Shown here piece after piece: positions 49,176 to 58,210 of a stretch of 64,000 bases of DNA. Location of the stretch: the NCBI GenBank assembly GCA_020341815.1, contig CP070837.1:1368195-1432194 (forward strand), given 5' to 3'. Made by a program: the position numbers and the translations under genes. Every line of letters begins with the position of its first letter. Position 1 is the stretch's first letter. The notes below the pieces were generated by a model that did no database searches, was not told where the DNA came from, and saw only the letters and a list, made by a program, of their open reading frames with translations. Source of the DNA: Candidatus Omnitrophota bacterium (GTDB lineage Bacteria; Omnitrophota; Gorgyraeia; JAFGHF01).

Positions 49176-50468
49176 ATGGATATTTGCATCGTAGGAGCGG
49201 GCCATGTGGGTTTAGTTACCGGGGCTTGCTTTGCCGAGCTGGGAAATCAGGTCGTCTGCGTGGATAACGACAGCGCCAAGATTGCGGGCCTGAAGAAATC
49301 CATTATGCCCTTTTATGAGCCGGGATTGAAAGAGATGGTAGTGAAGAACGCCAAAGAAAAACGCCTTAGCTTTACTACCAGCCTGAAGGGGGCGGTCAAG
49401 AAATCCCTTATCATCTTTATCGCCGTGGGCACCCCGCCCAAAGAAAACGGCGAGGCCGATCTTACCGATATCGAGCGGGTAGCGCAGAATATCGCCCGTT
49501 TTATACCTTCTTACCGCCTGATAGTGGAGAAAAGCACCGTGCCTGTTGAGACCGGCAGGTGGGTTGAACATACTATCCGGGTTAATATTCGCGGCAGGAA
49601 AAAGTTTGATGTGGCCTCCAACCCCGAATTCTTAAGAGAAGGCGCGGGGATAGAAGACTTTATGCGTCCGGATAGAATCGTCCTGGGCGTAAAGAGCAAA
49701 CGGGCAAGGGATATCCTCACAGAGCTTTATAAACCTTTGCAGGCCCCGATAATAATAACCGATATCAAGAGCGCCGAGCTCATCAAGCACGCCTCCAATT
49801 CATTCCTGGCCACCAAAATATCTTTTATCAATGCCATTGCCAATATCTGCGAGAGCGTAGGGGCGGATGTAGCCAAGGTGGCCGAGGGGCTGGGCACGGA
49901 CCGGCGCATCGGCAATAAGTTTTTGAACGCCGGCTGCGGCTACGGCGGATTTTGCTTCCCTAAGGACATCGAGGCCTTTATCCGCATCGCCGAGAAAAAG
50001 GGTTATGATTTTCAGCTGCTTAAGGCCGTAAAAGAGATAAACGAAAGCCAGAAGAGCTTAATGCTCAAGAAGATAGAGGACGCCCTCTGGAATCTTAAAG
50101 ACAAGACTATAGGTGTCTTGGGCCTTTCTTTTAAACCGGGCACAGACGATTTACGCTTTGCCCCTTCCATCGATATTATCAGAAAGCTGCAATTGGAGGG
50201 AGCTAACATTTGCGCTTTTGACCCCCAGGCGATGAAGGGGGCGCGCAGTATTTTTAAAGACATCAAATTTTGCAATGACGTCTATGAGGCTGCCAGGGGT
50301 GCGGATTGTCTCCTCGTCCTTACCGAATGGAATGAGTTTAAGGAAATAGATTTTAAGAAAATCAAGAAGCTGCTTAAGCAGCCGGTGATTATCGACGGGC
50401 GTAACATATATGACCCCGAGAAGATGAAGAAGATGAGATTCAGGTATTTTGCGGTGGGGCGCAGTTGA
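49176..50468 (+). CDS. ugd: UDP-glucose 6-dehydrogenase
   Basis: GAGHVG, KSTVP, NPEFLREG and GYGGFCFPKD. Confidence 0.93.
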   Translation: MDICIVGAGHVGLVTGACFAELGNQVVCVDNDSAKIAGLKKSIMPFYEPGLKEMVVKNAKEKRLSFTTSLKGAVKKSLIIFIAVGTPPKENGEADLTDIERVAQNIARFIPSYRLIVEKSTVPVETGRWVEHTIRVNIRGRKKFDVASNPEFLREGAGIEDFMRPDRIVLGVKSKRARDILTELYKPLQAPIIITDIKSAELIKHASNSFLATKISFINAIANICESVGADVAKVAEGLGTDRRIGNKFLNAGCGYGGFCFPKDIEAFIRIAEKKGYDFQLLKAVKEINESQKSLMLKKIEDALWNLKDKTIGVLGLSFKPGTDDLRFAPSIDIIRKLQLEGANICAFDPQAMKGARSIFKDIKFCNDVYEAARGADCLLVLTEWNEFKEIDFKKIKKLLKQPVIIDGRNIYDPEKMKKMRFRYFAVGRS

Positions 50469-50470
50469 CG

Positions 50471-50926
50471 ATGATCGAGGGAGTCGAGCTTAAAAAATTA
50501 AAAGTCATTCCCGATGAGCGCGGCAGGCTGATGGAAATCCTAAGGGTCTCCCAGACCAAAATAGCCCCTCAGCAGGTCTATTTGACCACGGCATATGAAG
50601 GCGTGGTAAAGGATAAAGATAATTTTCATATGCATAAGAGCCAGACCGACTTTTTCTGCTGCGTCAAGGGTAAAATCAAGCTTGTCCTGGTCGATGCCAG
50701 AGACAGCAGTAAAACAAAAAATGAAGTTAACGAGTTTGAGATCGGCGAGGAGAATTTTTCTCTTGTGACTATACCTAAGGGAGTGCTGCACGCATTCAAA
50801 AGTTTAAAGGGCGAGGCCTTTATAATAAACTCTATCGACCATGAATATAATCATAAAGAGCCGGATGAGTTCCGGATTGAAAATAGATACTATGACTGGG
50901 ATACACTGAGGCCACTGAACAAATGA
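50471..50926 (+). CDS. rfbC: dTDP-4-dehydrorhamnose 3,5-epimerase family cupin
   Basis: DERGRLMEI, FHMH..QTD and IPKGVLHAFK; rhamnose cluster context. Confidence 0.82.
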   Translation: MIEGVELKKLKVIPDERGRLMEILRVSQTKIAPQQVYLTTAYEGVVKDKDNFHMHKSQTDFFCCVKGKIKLVLVDARDSSKTKNEVNEFEIGEENFSLVTIPKGVLHAFKSLKGEAFIINSIDHEYNHKEPDEFRIENRYYDWDTLRPLNK

Positions 50927-50988
50927 CACTGAGACCGTTGAATAAAAACTCAGTGACTTCAGTGGTTACTTTTCAGCGATTTCAGTGA
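50903..50988. repeat. CACTGA/TCAGTG 9-nt-period inverted repeat element
   Basis: Four CACTGA-like units followed by four TCAGTG-like units; a similar element lies at 34629-34695. Confidence 0.7.
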
Positions 50989-51006
50989 CAAGAAAGAGGC
51001 AGTAAA

Positions 51007-51738
51007 ATGAAAGGCATTGTCTTAGCCGGCGGCCTGGGCAAAAGATTAGGGCCGCTTACCAAAATCACTAACAAACATCTGCTTCCCATTTTTCACCAGC
51101 CGATGGTCTATTATCCTATTCAGACACTGGTGGAGGCGGGTATTCGTGATATCCTGGTGGTTACGGGAGGCAATCACGCCGGTGAGTTCTTAAGACTCTT
51201 AGGCAACGGAGAGCAGTTTGGCCTCAAGCACATCAATTACACCTATCAGGAAGGCGAAGGCGGCATTGCCGCAGCCCTGGGCCTCGCCGAGCATTTTGCC
51301 GAAGGACAAAAAATAGCGGTGATTTTGGGAGACAATATTATTGAGAAGTCCATCAAGTCTCACGTGGATAAGTTCAAGAACCAAAAAGAAGGCGCCAGAA
51401 TTATCATCAAAGAGGTGAAAGATCCGCATCGTTTCGGCGTGGTGGAATTGGAGGATGATAAAATCCTCTCCATAGAAGAAAAACCCAAAAAGCCAAAGAC
51501 AAATTACATCGTTACCGGAATCTATATGTATGACGCGCAGGTCTTCGATATCATCAAGACCTTAGAGCCTTCGGCCAGGAATGAGCTTGAGATTACCGAC
51601 GTAAACAACGCCTACCTGGGGCGCAACCAACTCCATTATGATATTCTTGATGGCTGGTGGACAGACGCCGGAGCGCATGAGTCGCTCCTGCGGGCAAACA
51701 ATCTGGTGGCGGAGAAGCTTCGTCGGGAAAAGAAATGA
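51007..51738 (+). CDS. rfbA: Glucose-1-phosphate thymidylyltransferase (short form)
   Basis: LAGGLGKRL.PLT..TNKHLLP, EEKP and ELEITD. Confidence 0.9.
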   Translation: MKGIVLAGGLGKRLGPLTKITNKHLLPIFHQPMVYYPIQTLVEAGIRDILVVTGGNHAGEFLRLLGNGEQFGLKHINYTYQEGEGGIAAALGLAEHFAEGQKIAVILGDNIIEKSIKSHVDKFKNQKEGARIIIKEVKDPHRFGVVELEDDKILSIEEKPKKPKTNYIVTGIYMYDAQVFDIIKTLEPSARNELEITDVNNAYLGRNQLHYDILDGWWTDAGAHESLLRANNLVAEKLRREKK

Positions 51739-51739
51739 A

Positions 51740-51849
51740 CCCCGCCCTTCCAAAGATTATGTCTTGCATAAGAGATATAGATGAAGTTGATAAAAAGAAG
51801 GACAAGGGTAAAGATTTAACATTGGGATAAGATGAAAGGAAGAGCGGGG
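51740..51849. mobile_element. 110-bp MITE-like element, target duplication TGAA
   Basis: Ends CCCCGCCCTTCC / GGAAGAGCGGGG; TGAA at 51736-39 and 51850-53. Confidence 0.85.
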
Positions 51850-51941
51850 TGAAAAAGATACTGGTTACAGGCGGGGCCGGGTTTACCCCGCCCCTCTTTA
51901 AATTGTGGCTTTGGTTAATTAAATATAGGTTGGTTGTTTAG
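51849..51941 (+). pseudogene. Stranded original rfbB N-terminus (30-codon mini-ORF)
   Basis: Reads MKKILVTGGAGF, then element-derived TPPLF... up to TAG; in frame with rfbB. Confidence 0.8.
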
Positions 51942-51992
51942 GATAGCGATACAATGAGAAAGAAGCAGATATTAGTCACAGGAGGGGCGGGG
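51886..51992. mobile_element. 107-bp MITE-like element, target duplication TTTA, inserted in rfbB
   Basis: Perfect 11-bp terminal inverted repeat CCCCGCCCCTC / GAGGGGCGGGG; TTTA at 51882-85 and 51993-96. Confidence 0.75.
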
Positions 51993-52898
51993 TTTATCGG
52001 CTCCAATTTTATCCGATATATGCTGAATAAATACAGCAATTACCAGATTACCAATCTGGATAAGCTGACCTATGCCGGGCGCCGGGAGAACTTAAAGGAT
52101 ATAGAAGACAATCCCCGTTATAAATTTATTAAGGCTGATATCTGTGACGAGAAAGCGGTAAGAGCGGCCCTTAAGGGGTGCGACACAGTAATCAATTTTG
52201 CCGCCGAAAGCCACGTGGACCGCTCGATTAAAAATGCGCCCGTATTTATAAAGACCAATGTCTTCGGCACCCAGGTCCTTCTTGAGGCAGCAAGAGAGCA
52301 TGAGGTTTCGCTTTTCTGTCAAATTTCGACAGATGAGGTTTATGGCAGCGTCTCCGCAGGCGCCTTTAAGGAGACGGATGCGCTCAGGCCCTCAAGCCCG
52401 TATTCCGCAAGCAAGGCCGCAGCAGACGGCCTGGTGCATTCTTATTATGTTACATATAATTTACCCGTTATAATCGTTCGCTCCACTAATAACTTCGGCC
52501 AGTATCAATTTCCCGAGAAGATAATCCCGCTTTTTATTACCAATGCCTTGAAAGGAAAGACGCTTCCTGTTTACGGCGACGGGCGCAACGTGCGGGACTG
52601 GATATATGTATTGGATAATTGCGCGGCGATCGACTTTATCATACACAAGGGAAAAGCGGGTGAGATTTACAATGTGGCGGGGAATAACGAAGTGAAGAAT
52701 ATAGACTTGACCCGTCTGATTTTGAGGATTATGGGTAAGCCCGAGGACTTAATTGAGTTTGTCCAGGACCGCCCCGGCCATGACCGCCGCTATGCCCTGG
52801 ATACCACCAAGATAGAGAAGCTGGGTTTTAAACCTGAGCATAATTTTGAACAGGCGCTTACAACAACAATAGAATGGTACCGCGATAATCAACGATGA
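51954..52898 (+). CDS. rfbB: dTDP-glucose 4,6-dehydratase
   Basis: [35 protein letters not shown] and DRPGHDRRY. Confidence 0.96.
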   Translation: MRKKQILVTGGAGFIGSNFIRYMLNKYSNYQITNLDKLTYAGRRENLKDIEDNPRYKFIKADICDEKAVRAALKGCDTVINFAAESHVDRSIKNAPVFIKTNVFGTQVLLEAAREHEVSLFCQISTDEVYGSVSAGAFKETDALRPSSPYSASKAAADGLVHSYYVTYNLPVIIVRSTNNFGQYQFPEKIIPLFITNALKGKTLPVYGDGRNVRDWIYVLDNCAAIDFIIHKGKAGEIYNVAGNNEVKNIDLTRLILRIMGKPEDLIEFVQDRPGHDRRYALDTTKIEKLGFKPEHNFEQALTTTIEWYRDNQR

Positions 52899-53773
52899 AA
52901 ATACTTATTACAGGTTCAAGCGGAATGCTGGCAGCGGCACTTATCCGGCAGCTATCCGATAAATATGAAGTTGCGGGTTTGGATATTTCCAAAGTTCAAA
53001 ATACAAACTATAAACTTCAGAAATTTATTGAATGTGATATTACCGACGGCAAAAAGACGCTTGGAGCCATCAGTTCCTGCGGGGTGGATATAGTTATCCA
53101 TACTGCCGCCTATACGGATGTTGACGGTTGCGAAAAAAATCCTCAAGAAGCAGAGAAAGTAAACGCATTAGGCACAAAAAATGTTGCCCGGGCCGCTAAA
53201 GATTGCAATTGCCTGTTGATTTATATCAGCACAGACTTCGTATTTGACGGAGAAAAGAAGACGCCGTATACAGAAGAAGATAAGCCCCATCCGATTAATG
53301 CTTACGGCAAAGCAAAATTAGACGGAGAAAGGCTTGTCCAATCTATCTTGAAAGATTTTATTATCGTAAGGAGCAGCTGGTTGTTTGGCGCAGGCGGAAG
53401 GAATTTTGTAGATACTATTTTAAATAAGGCAAAAAGCGAAAAAAGAATAAAAGTTGTTAATGACCAATTCGGTTCTCCGACTTATGCTTTTGACTTAGCC
53501 ATGGCAATTAAGGCTTTGCTTCCGGCTTTTAAGCCATCAGGCGATATTTACCATATCACTAATTCCGGCAGTTGCTCCTGGTATGAGTTTGCCCGGGCAA
53601 TTAAAGAGATAGCCGGGCTTGATACAAACATACTTCCGGTCTCTGCAAGTGAATATAATTCTCCCGCCGCCCGCCCCAGGATGTCTATACTGGAGAATGG
53701 ACGCTATCGGGATAGAACCGGCGGGAATTTAAGGCCCTGGAGAGAGGCCTTGGGAGAGTATCTAAAGGGATGA
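52895..53773 (+). CDS. rfbD: dTDP-4-dehydrorhamnose reductase
   Basis: AAYTDVD, ISTDFVFDG, YGKAK and DQFGSPT. Confidence 0.94.
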   Translation: MKILITGSSGMLAAALIRQLSDKYEVAGLDISKVQNTNYKLQKFIECDITDGKKTLGAISSCGVDIVIHTAAYTDVDGCEKNPQEAEKVNALGTKNVARAAKDCNCLLIYISTDFVFDGEKKTPYTEEDKPHPINAYGKAKLDGERLVQSILKDFIIVRSSWLFGAGGRNFVDTILNKAKSEKRIKVVNDQFGSPTYAFDLAMAIKALLPAFKPSGDIYHITNSGSCSWYEFARAIKEIAGLDTNILPVSASEYNSPAARPRMSILENGRYRDRTGGNLRPWREALGEYLKG

Positions 53774-55074
53774 TTGCAAAAAAATTGAAAGAAAAGATTG
53801 CGAATAGAAAGGCCAAAGTGGGAATAATCGGCCTGGGATATGTGGGCTTGCCTCTGGCGGTTTTGTTTGCCCAGAAAGGCTTTCCCGTATTCGGCATCGA
53901 TATAAATAAAAACAGAATAAAACGAATAAAGAAAGGATGCTCTTACATCCTGGATGTGCCTAATGAGGAGCTGAAACAGGCAATTTCCGATAAGAGGCTA
54001 AAGGTGAGCGAAGATTTTAGCGTAATCAGGAAATTGGATGCAGTTATTATTTGTGTGCCTACCCCTTTAAAGGATAAAAAAGAACCGGATATTTCTTATA
54101 TTGTCTCGGCGGTGGAAAATATTAAAAAGTTTATGAAGAAGGGTCAGATTATAGTCCTGGAGAGCACGACCTATCCCGGGACAACCGAGGAGGTTATTTT
54201 ACCAAGACTGGAGTCTGCGGGCTTCCGGGAAGGCAGGGATTTTTATCTGGCTTTTTCGCCGGAGAGGATTGACCCGGCCAACCCCAAATATAAGACAGAA
54301 AACACACCCAAGGTTATCGGGGGTATGTCGCCAAGATCTTCTCGAATAGCCAGGGAGTTGTATTCCCAGATAATCAATAAAGTTGTTTCCGCCTCCTCCT
54401 GCAAGGCGGCGGAGATGGCCAAGCTCCTGGAGAACACTTTTCGCATTGTCAATATCGGCCTGGTAAATGAAATTACGCTGATGTGCGATAAGATGGGCAT
54501 CGATATCTGGGAAGTTATTGACATTGCCAAGACCAAGCCTTACGGGTATATGCCTTTTTATCCCGGGCCCGGAGTGGGCGGGCACTGTATAGCGGTGGAT
54601 CCGATTTATCTTTCCTGGAAGGCGCGCGGCTTCGGTTTTGAGGCCCAATTTATCGAGCTGGCTTCGCACATCAATTCCCAGATGCCTCATTATGTGGTCG
54701 AGAGAATAACCCGCGCCCTTAACGAATATAAGAAGCCTGTTAAGGGAAGCAGGATTCTGATTGTCGGGGTGGCCTATAAAAAAGACGTCAAGGATTTAAG
54801 GGAATCTCCGGCCCTGGAGATTATTAACATATTGCAGAATGAGAAGGCCGTGGTATCGTATTATGACCCCCACCTGCCATATCTGAACATAGACGGCATA
54901 GACCTAAAAAGCGTGAAATTCACCGCTAAAAGTTTTAACGATAAGGATTGCGTGGTTATTGCAACGGATCACTCCGATGTGGATTACGATTTCGTTCTGA
55001 GGGAATCTCATCTGATAGTGGATACGCGCAATGTCTTTAAGAAGAGCGAAGCAAAAAAGGTGATAAAATTATGA
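53770..55074 (+). CDS. UDP-N-acetylhexosamine 6-dehydrogenase (WbpA/WecC family)
   Basis: GLGYVGLP, ESTTYPGTT, SPERIDP and GVGGHC. Confidence 0.92.
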   Translation: MIAKKLKEKIANRKAKVGIIGLGYVGLPLAVLFAQKGFPVFGIDINKNRIKRIKKGCSYILDVPNEELKQAISDKRLKVSEDFSVIRKLDAVIICVPTPLKDKKEPDISYIVSAVENIKKFMKKGQIIVLESTTYPGTTEEVILPRLESAGFREGRDFYLAFSPERIDPANPKYKTENTPKVIGGMSPRSSRIARELYSQIINKVVSASSCKAAEMAKLLENTFRIVNIGLVNEITLMCDKMGIDIWEVIDIAKTKPYGYMPFYPGPGVGGHCIAVDPIYLSWKARGFGFEAQFIELASHINSQMPHYVVERITRALNEYKKPVKGSRILIVGVAYKKDVKDLRESPALEIINILQNEKAVVSYYDPHLPYLNIDGIDLKSVKFTAKSFNDKDCVVIATDHSDVDYDFVLRESHLIVDTRNVFKKSEAKKVIKL

Positions 55075-55075
55075 G

Positions 55076-55184
55076 CCCCGCCCTTCTAAACACTATGTTT
55101 TGCATAGGAGATATGGGCGGGGTTAATTTAACCAAATTGAAATCTAGATTTAAACTTGACATTGCGAAGAAAGGAAGGGCGGGG
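55076..55184. mobile_element. 109-bp MITE-like element, target duplication TGAG
   Basis: Ends CCCCGCCCTTC / GAAGGGCGGGG; TGAG at 55072-75 and 55185-88. Confidence 0.87.
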
Positions 55185-56137
55185 TGAGCATGTATCTTGT
55201 TACAGGCGGAGCCGGATTTATCGGCTCCAATATTGTTGAGGCCCTGCTGGAAAAAGGCGAACGGGTCAGAGTTATTGATAATTTCTTCTCGGGGAAGAGA
55301 AGGAACGTGGCTTCCTTCTTAGACAAAATAGAGCTGATTGAAGGGGATATCCGGGATTTGCCTCTTTTGAAAAAAGCGACAGAAGGCGTAGATTATATAT
55401 TACATCAAGCGGCCCTGCGCTCTGTCCCCAAGTCGCTGGGCGATCCCCTGGTGTATAACGAGGTAAATGTCGCCGGAACCTTAAATGTGCTCCTGGCTGC
55501 CAAAGAGGCCGGGGTAAAACGGGTGGTTTTCGCCTCTTCCAGTTCAATATATGGAGATGTAGAGGTTTTTCCGGAAAATGAAATGCAGTTTCCTTTTCCC
55601 ATTTCGCCTTATGCGGCCTCCAAACTGGGGGGAGAGCTCTATTGCGGCGTTTTTAGCAAGGTCTATAACCTGGAAACAGTTGTGCTGCGTTATTTTAATG
55701 TATTCGGGCCCAGGCAGGACCTGGAGAGCAAATATGCGGTGGTGGTGCCCAGGTTTATCATCAGCATGCTCAAAAACGAAGCTCCGCCTGTGCATGGCGA
55801 CGGAGAGCAGTCGCGCGATTTTACCTATGTCGATAATGTAGTTGAGGCAAATATTCTGGCCTCGCGTGCGCCCGGTGTAAGCGGTGAGATCTTCAACGTT
55901 GCCTGCGGAAGGGATTATGCGGTGCTGGATGTAGTTAAACACCTGAATAAAATAATGGGCACGGATTTAGAAGCAAAATTTATGCCTCCCAGGGCCGCAG
56001 ATATACGGCGGACTCTGGCCGATATTTCCAAGGCGCAAAAATTATTGAAATTTGAGGTGAAAGTCAATTTTGCAGAAGGGTTGAAAAAATCAGTAGATTG
56101 GTTTAAGGGGCATAAAGATGAATATACCGATACTTGA
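55184..56137 (+). CDS. NAD-dependent epimerase (WbpP/TviC-like)
   Basis: [23 protein letters not shown] and RYFNVFGPRQ. Confidence 0.9.
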   Translation: MSMYLVTGGAGFIGSNIVEALLEKGERVRVIDNFFSGKRRNVASFLDKIELIEGDIRDLPLLKKATEGVDYILHQAALRSVPKSLGDPLVYNEVNVAGTLNVLLAAKEAGVKRVVFASSSSIYGDVEVFPENEMQFPFPISPYAASKLGGELYCGVFSKVYNLETVVLRYFNVFGPRQDLESKYAVVVPRFIISMLKNEAPPVHGDGEQSRDFTYVDNVVEANILASRAPGVSGEIFNVACGRDYAVLDVVKHLNKIMGTDLEAKFMPPRAADIRRTLADISKAQKLLKFEVKVNFAEGLKKSVDWFKGHKDEYTDT

Positions 56138-57239
56138 TTTAAAAAGACAATTTCGCCAGATCAAGAGCGAAGTCGATAAAAATGTAAGAGAGGTTTTGGC
56201 CAGCGGCTCCTATATTTTGGGCAAAAATGTTTCTGCTTTTGAAGAAGAGTTTGCCGAATACTGCCGTGGTAAATACGCCATCGGGGTCGCCTCCGGCACC
56301 GATGCCTTAAAGATTGCCCTGCGCGCCTGCGGCATAGGAAAAGAGGACGAGGTAATTACGACACCCTTTACCTTTGTGGCCACCACCGAAGCCATTCACA
56401 GCGTCGGGGCTAGAATAGTCTTTGCCGATATCGATATGGATTCCTATACTATAGACCCCCAGGAGATAGAGAAAAAGATTACCAAGAAGACCAAGGCCAT
56501 AATCTGCGTCCATCTTTACGGCCAACCCTGCGATATGCGCACCCTGAGAGGCTTAAGCCGCAAATATAACCTGAAATTGATTGAAGACTGCGCCCAGGCC
56601 GCAGGCGCAGAGTATAAAGGTAAAAGAGTGGCTGTCTTCGGAGATGTTGGTTGTTTCAGTTTTTTCCCCAGCAAGAACCTGGGGGCTTTTGGCGACGGAG
56701 GGATAATAGTAACCAATAATAAACAAATCGCCGAGAATGCCCGGGTGTTCCGGGTTTACGGAAGCCGGAATAAATATGAGCATATTGTCCATGGCCTTAA
56801 CAGCCGCCTTGATGAACTGCAGGCAGCCATTCTGCGAGTAAAGCTTAGGTATCTGGATCAATGGAACGAGGCCCGCCGGAAGAATACCGCCTGTTATAAC
56901 AAGAAATTCTGCGCTCTGGAAGAAAGAGGGCTTGTTATTACCCCCAAAGAACAGAAAGGCACAAAGCACGTCTATCATCTTTATGTGCTTAGGGCAAAAC
57001 AGCGGGATGCCTTGATGGATTTTCTAAAAACACGGGGTGTGGGCACAGCTTACCATTATCCTATACCGCTGCATCTGCAGGAGGTTTATAAATGCATGGA
57101 ACATCAAGAAGGTGACTTTCCCAAGAGCGAACTTGCCGCCGGAGAAATCCTCAGCCTGCCTCTTTTTCCGGAATTAAAGAAAAAAGAGATAGATTATATC
57201 GCAGACTGCGTATATCAATTTTATAGAAATAGAAAATAG
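56118..57239 (+). CDS. DegT/DnrJ/EryC1/StrS aminotransferase
   Basis: [27 protein letters not shown] and [10 protein letters not shown]. Confidence 0.94.
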   Translation: MNIPILDLKRQFRQIKSEVDKNVREVLASGSYILGKNVSAFEEEFAEYCRGKYAIGVASGTDALKIALRACGIGKEDEVITTPFTFVATTEAIHSVGARIVFADIDMDSYTIDPQEIEKKITKKTKAIICVHLYGQPCDMRTLRGLSRKYNLKLIEDCAQAAGAEYKGKRVAVFGDVGCFSFFPSKNLGAFGDGGIIVTNNKQIAENARVFRVYGSRNKYEHIVHGLNSRLDELQAAILRVKLRYLDQWNEARRKNTACYNKKFCALEERGLVITPKEQKGTKHVYHLYVLRAKQRDALMDFLKTRGVGTAYHYPIPLHLQEVYKCMEHQEGDFPKSELAAGEILSLPLFPELKKKEIDYIADCVYQFYRNRK

Positions 57240-57250
57240 AGAGAACGGCA

Positions 57251-58195
57251 ATGGAGATGAAGAGTGTCCTTATAACCGGAGGGGCGGGTTTTATCGGCTC
57301 TCATCTTTGTGAGAGATGGCTTGCGGGAGGCAATCAGGTTATCTGTATAGATAACCTGATTACCGGGAAAAAGGAGAACATCTCTCACCTTCTGGATAAT
57401 CCCGACTTTAAATTTATCCAGCAGGATGTCTCAAAATATATAGACATAGAAGGCCCTCTTGACTATATCCTTCATTTTGCCTCTCCCGCCAGCCCGATAG
57501 ACTACCGGCTTTACCCCATCCAGACCTTAAAAGTAGGTTCGCTCGGCACCCACAATACCCTGGGTTTAGCCAAGGCAAAAAAGGCAAGATATTTATTGGC
57601 CTCGACCTCCGAGGTTTACGGCGACCCTCTGGTCAACCCGCAGACAGAGGATTATTACGGCAACGTCAACTGCGTTGGCCCGCGCGGCGTTTACGACGAG
57701 GCTAAGCGTTTTGCCGAGGCCATTACCCTGGCTTATTACCGAACCCATAAATTAGATACCAAGATTGCCCGCATTTTCAATACCTTCGGCAAGAGGATGC
57801 GCAAAGATGACGGCCGGGCCGTGCCCAATTTTATTACCCAGGCCTTAGCGGGTAAGCCCTTGAGCGTCTATGGCGATGGCTCTCAGACGCGCAGTTTCTG
57901 CTACATCGATGACTTGGTTGAGGGCATTTATAAACTGATGCTTTCTCGCCTTAATGAGCCGGTCAATCTGGGTAATCCGGGTGAAATAACTATCCTTGCG
58001 CTGGCCGAGAAAATAATCAAGCTCACCCAAAGCAAAAGTAAAATTATTCACAACACCCTTCCCAAAGACGACCCCAAGCTAAGATGTCCGAATATTACCA
58101 AGGCAAAGCAATATCTTAACTGGGCCCCTCAAATAAATCTGGAAGAAGGTTTAATGAAAACAATAGAGTGGTTCAGGAGCAATTTTAAGCTATGA
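57251..58195 (+). CDS. UDP-glucuronate decarboxylase (UDP-xylose synthase)
   Basis: [23 protein letters not shown] and [10 protein letters not shown]. Confidence 0.9.
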   Translation: MEMKSVLITGGAGFIGSHLCERWLAGGNQVICIDNLITGKKENISHLLDNPDFKFIQQDVSKYIDIEGPLDYILHFASPASPIDYRLYPIQTLKVGSLGTHNTLGLAKAKKARYLLASTSEVYGDPLVNPQTEDYYGNVNCVGPRGVYDEAKRFAEAITLAYYRTHKLDTKIARIFNTFGKRMRKDDGRAVPNFITQALAGKPLSVYGDGSQTRSFCYIDDLVEGIYKLMLSRLNEPVNLGNPGEITILALAEKIIKLTQSKSKIIHNTLPKDDPKLRCPNITKAKQYLNWAPQINLEEGLMKTIEWFRSNFKL

Positions 58196-58210
58196 ACCCC
58201 CGGAATTGAG

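Noticed and set aside
51939-51941. Stop-codon recoding of the in-frame TAG upstream of rfbB
   Set aside because: TAG terminates many ordinary genes here (for example at 11161, 13632 and 39824), and a complete rfbB starts at 51954.
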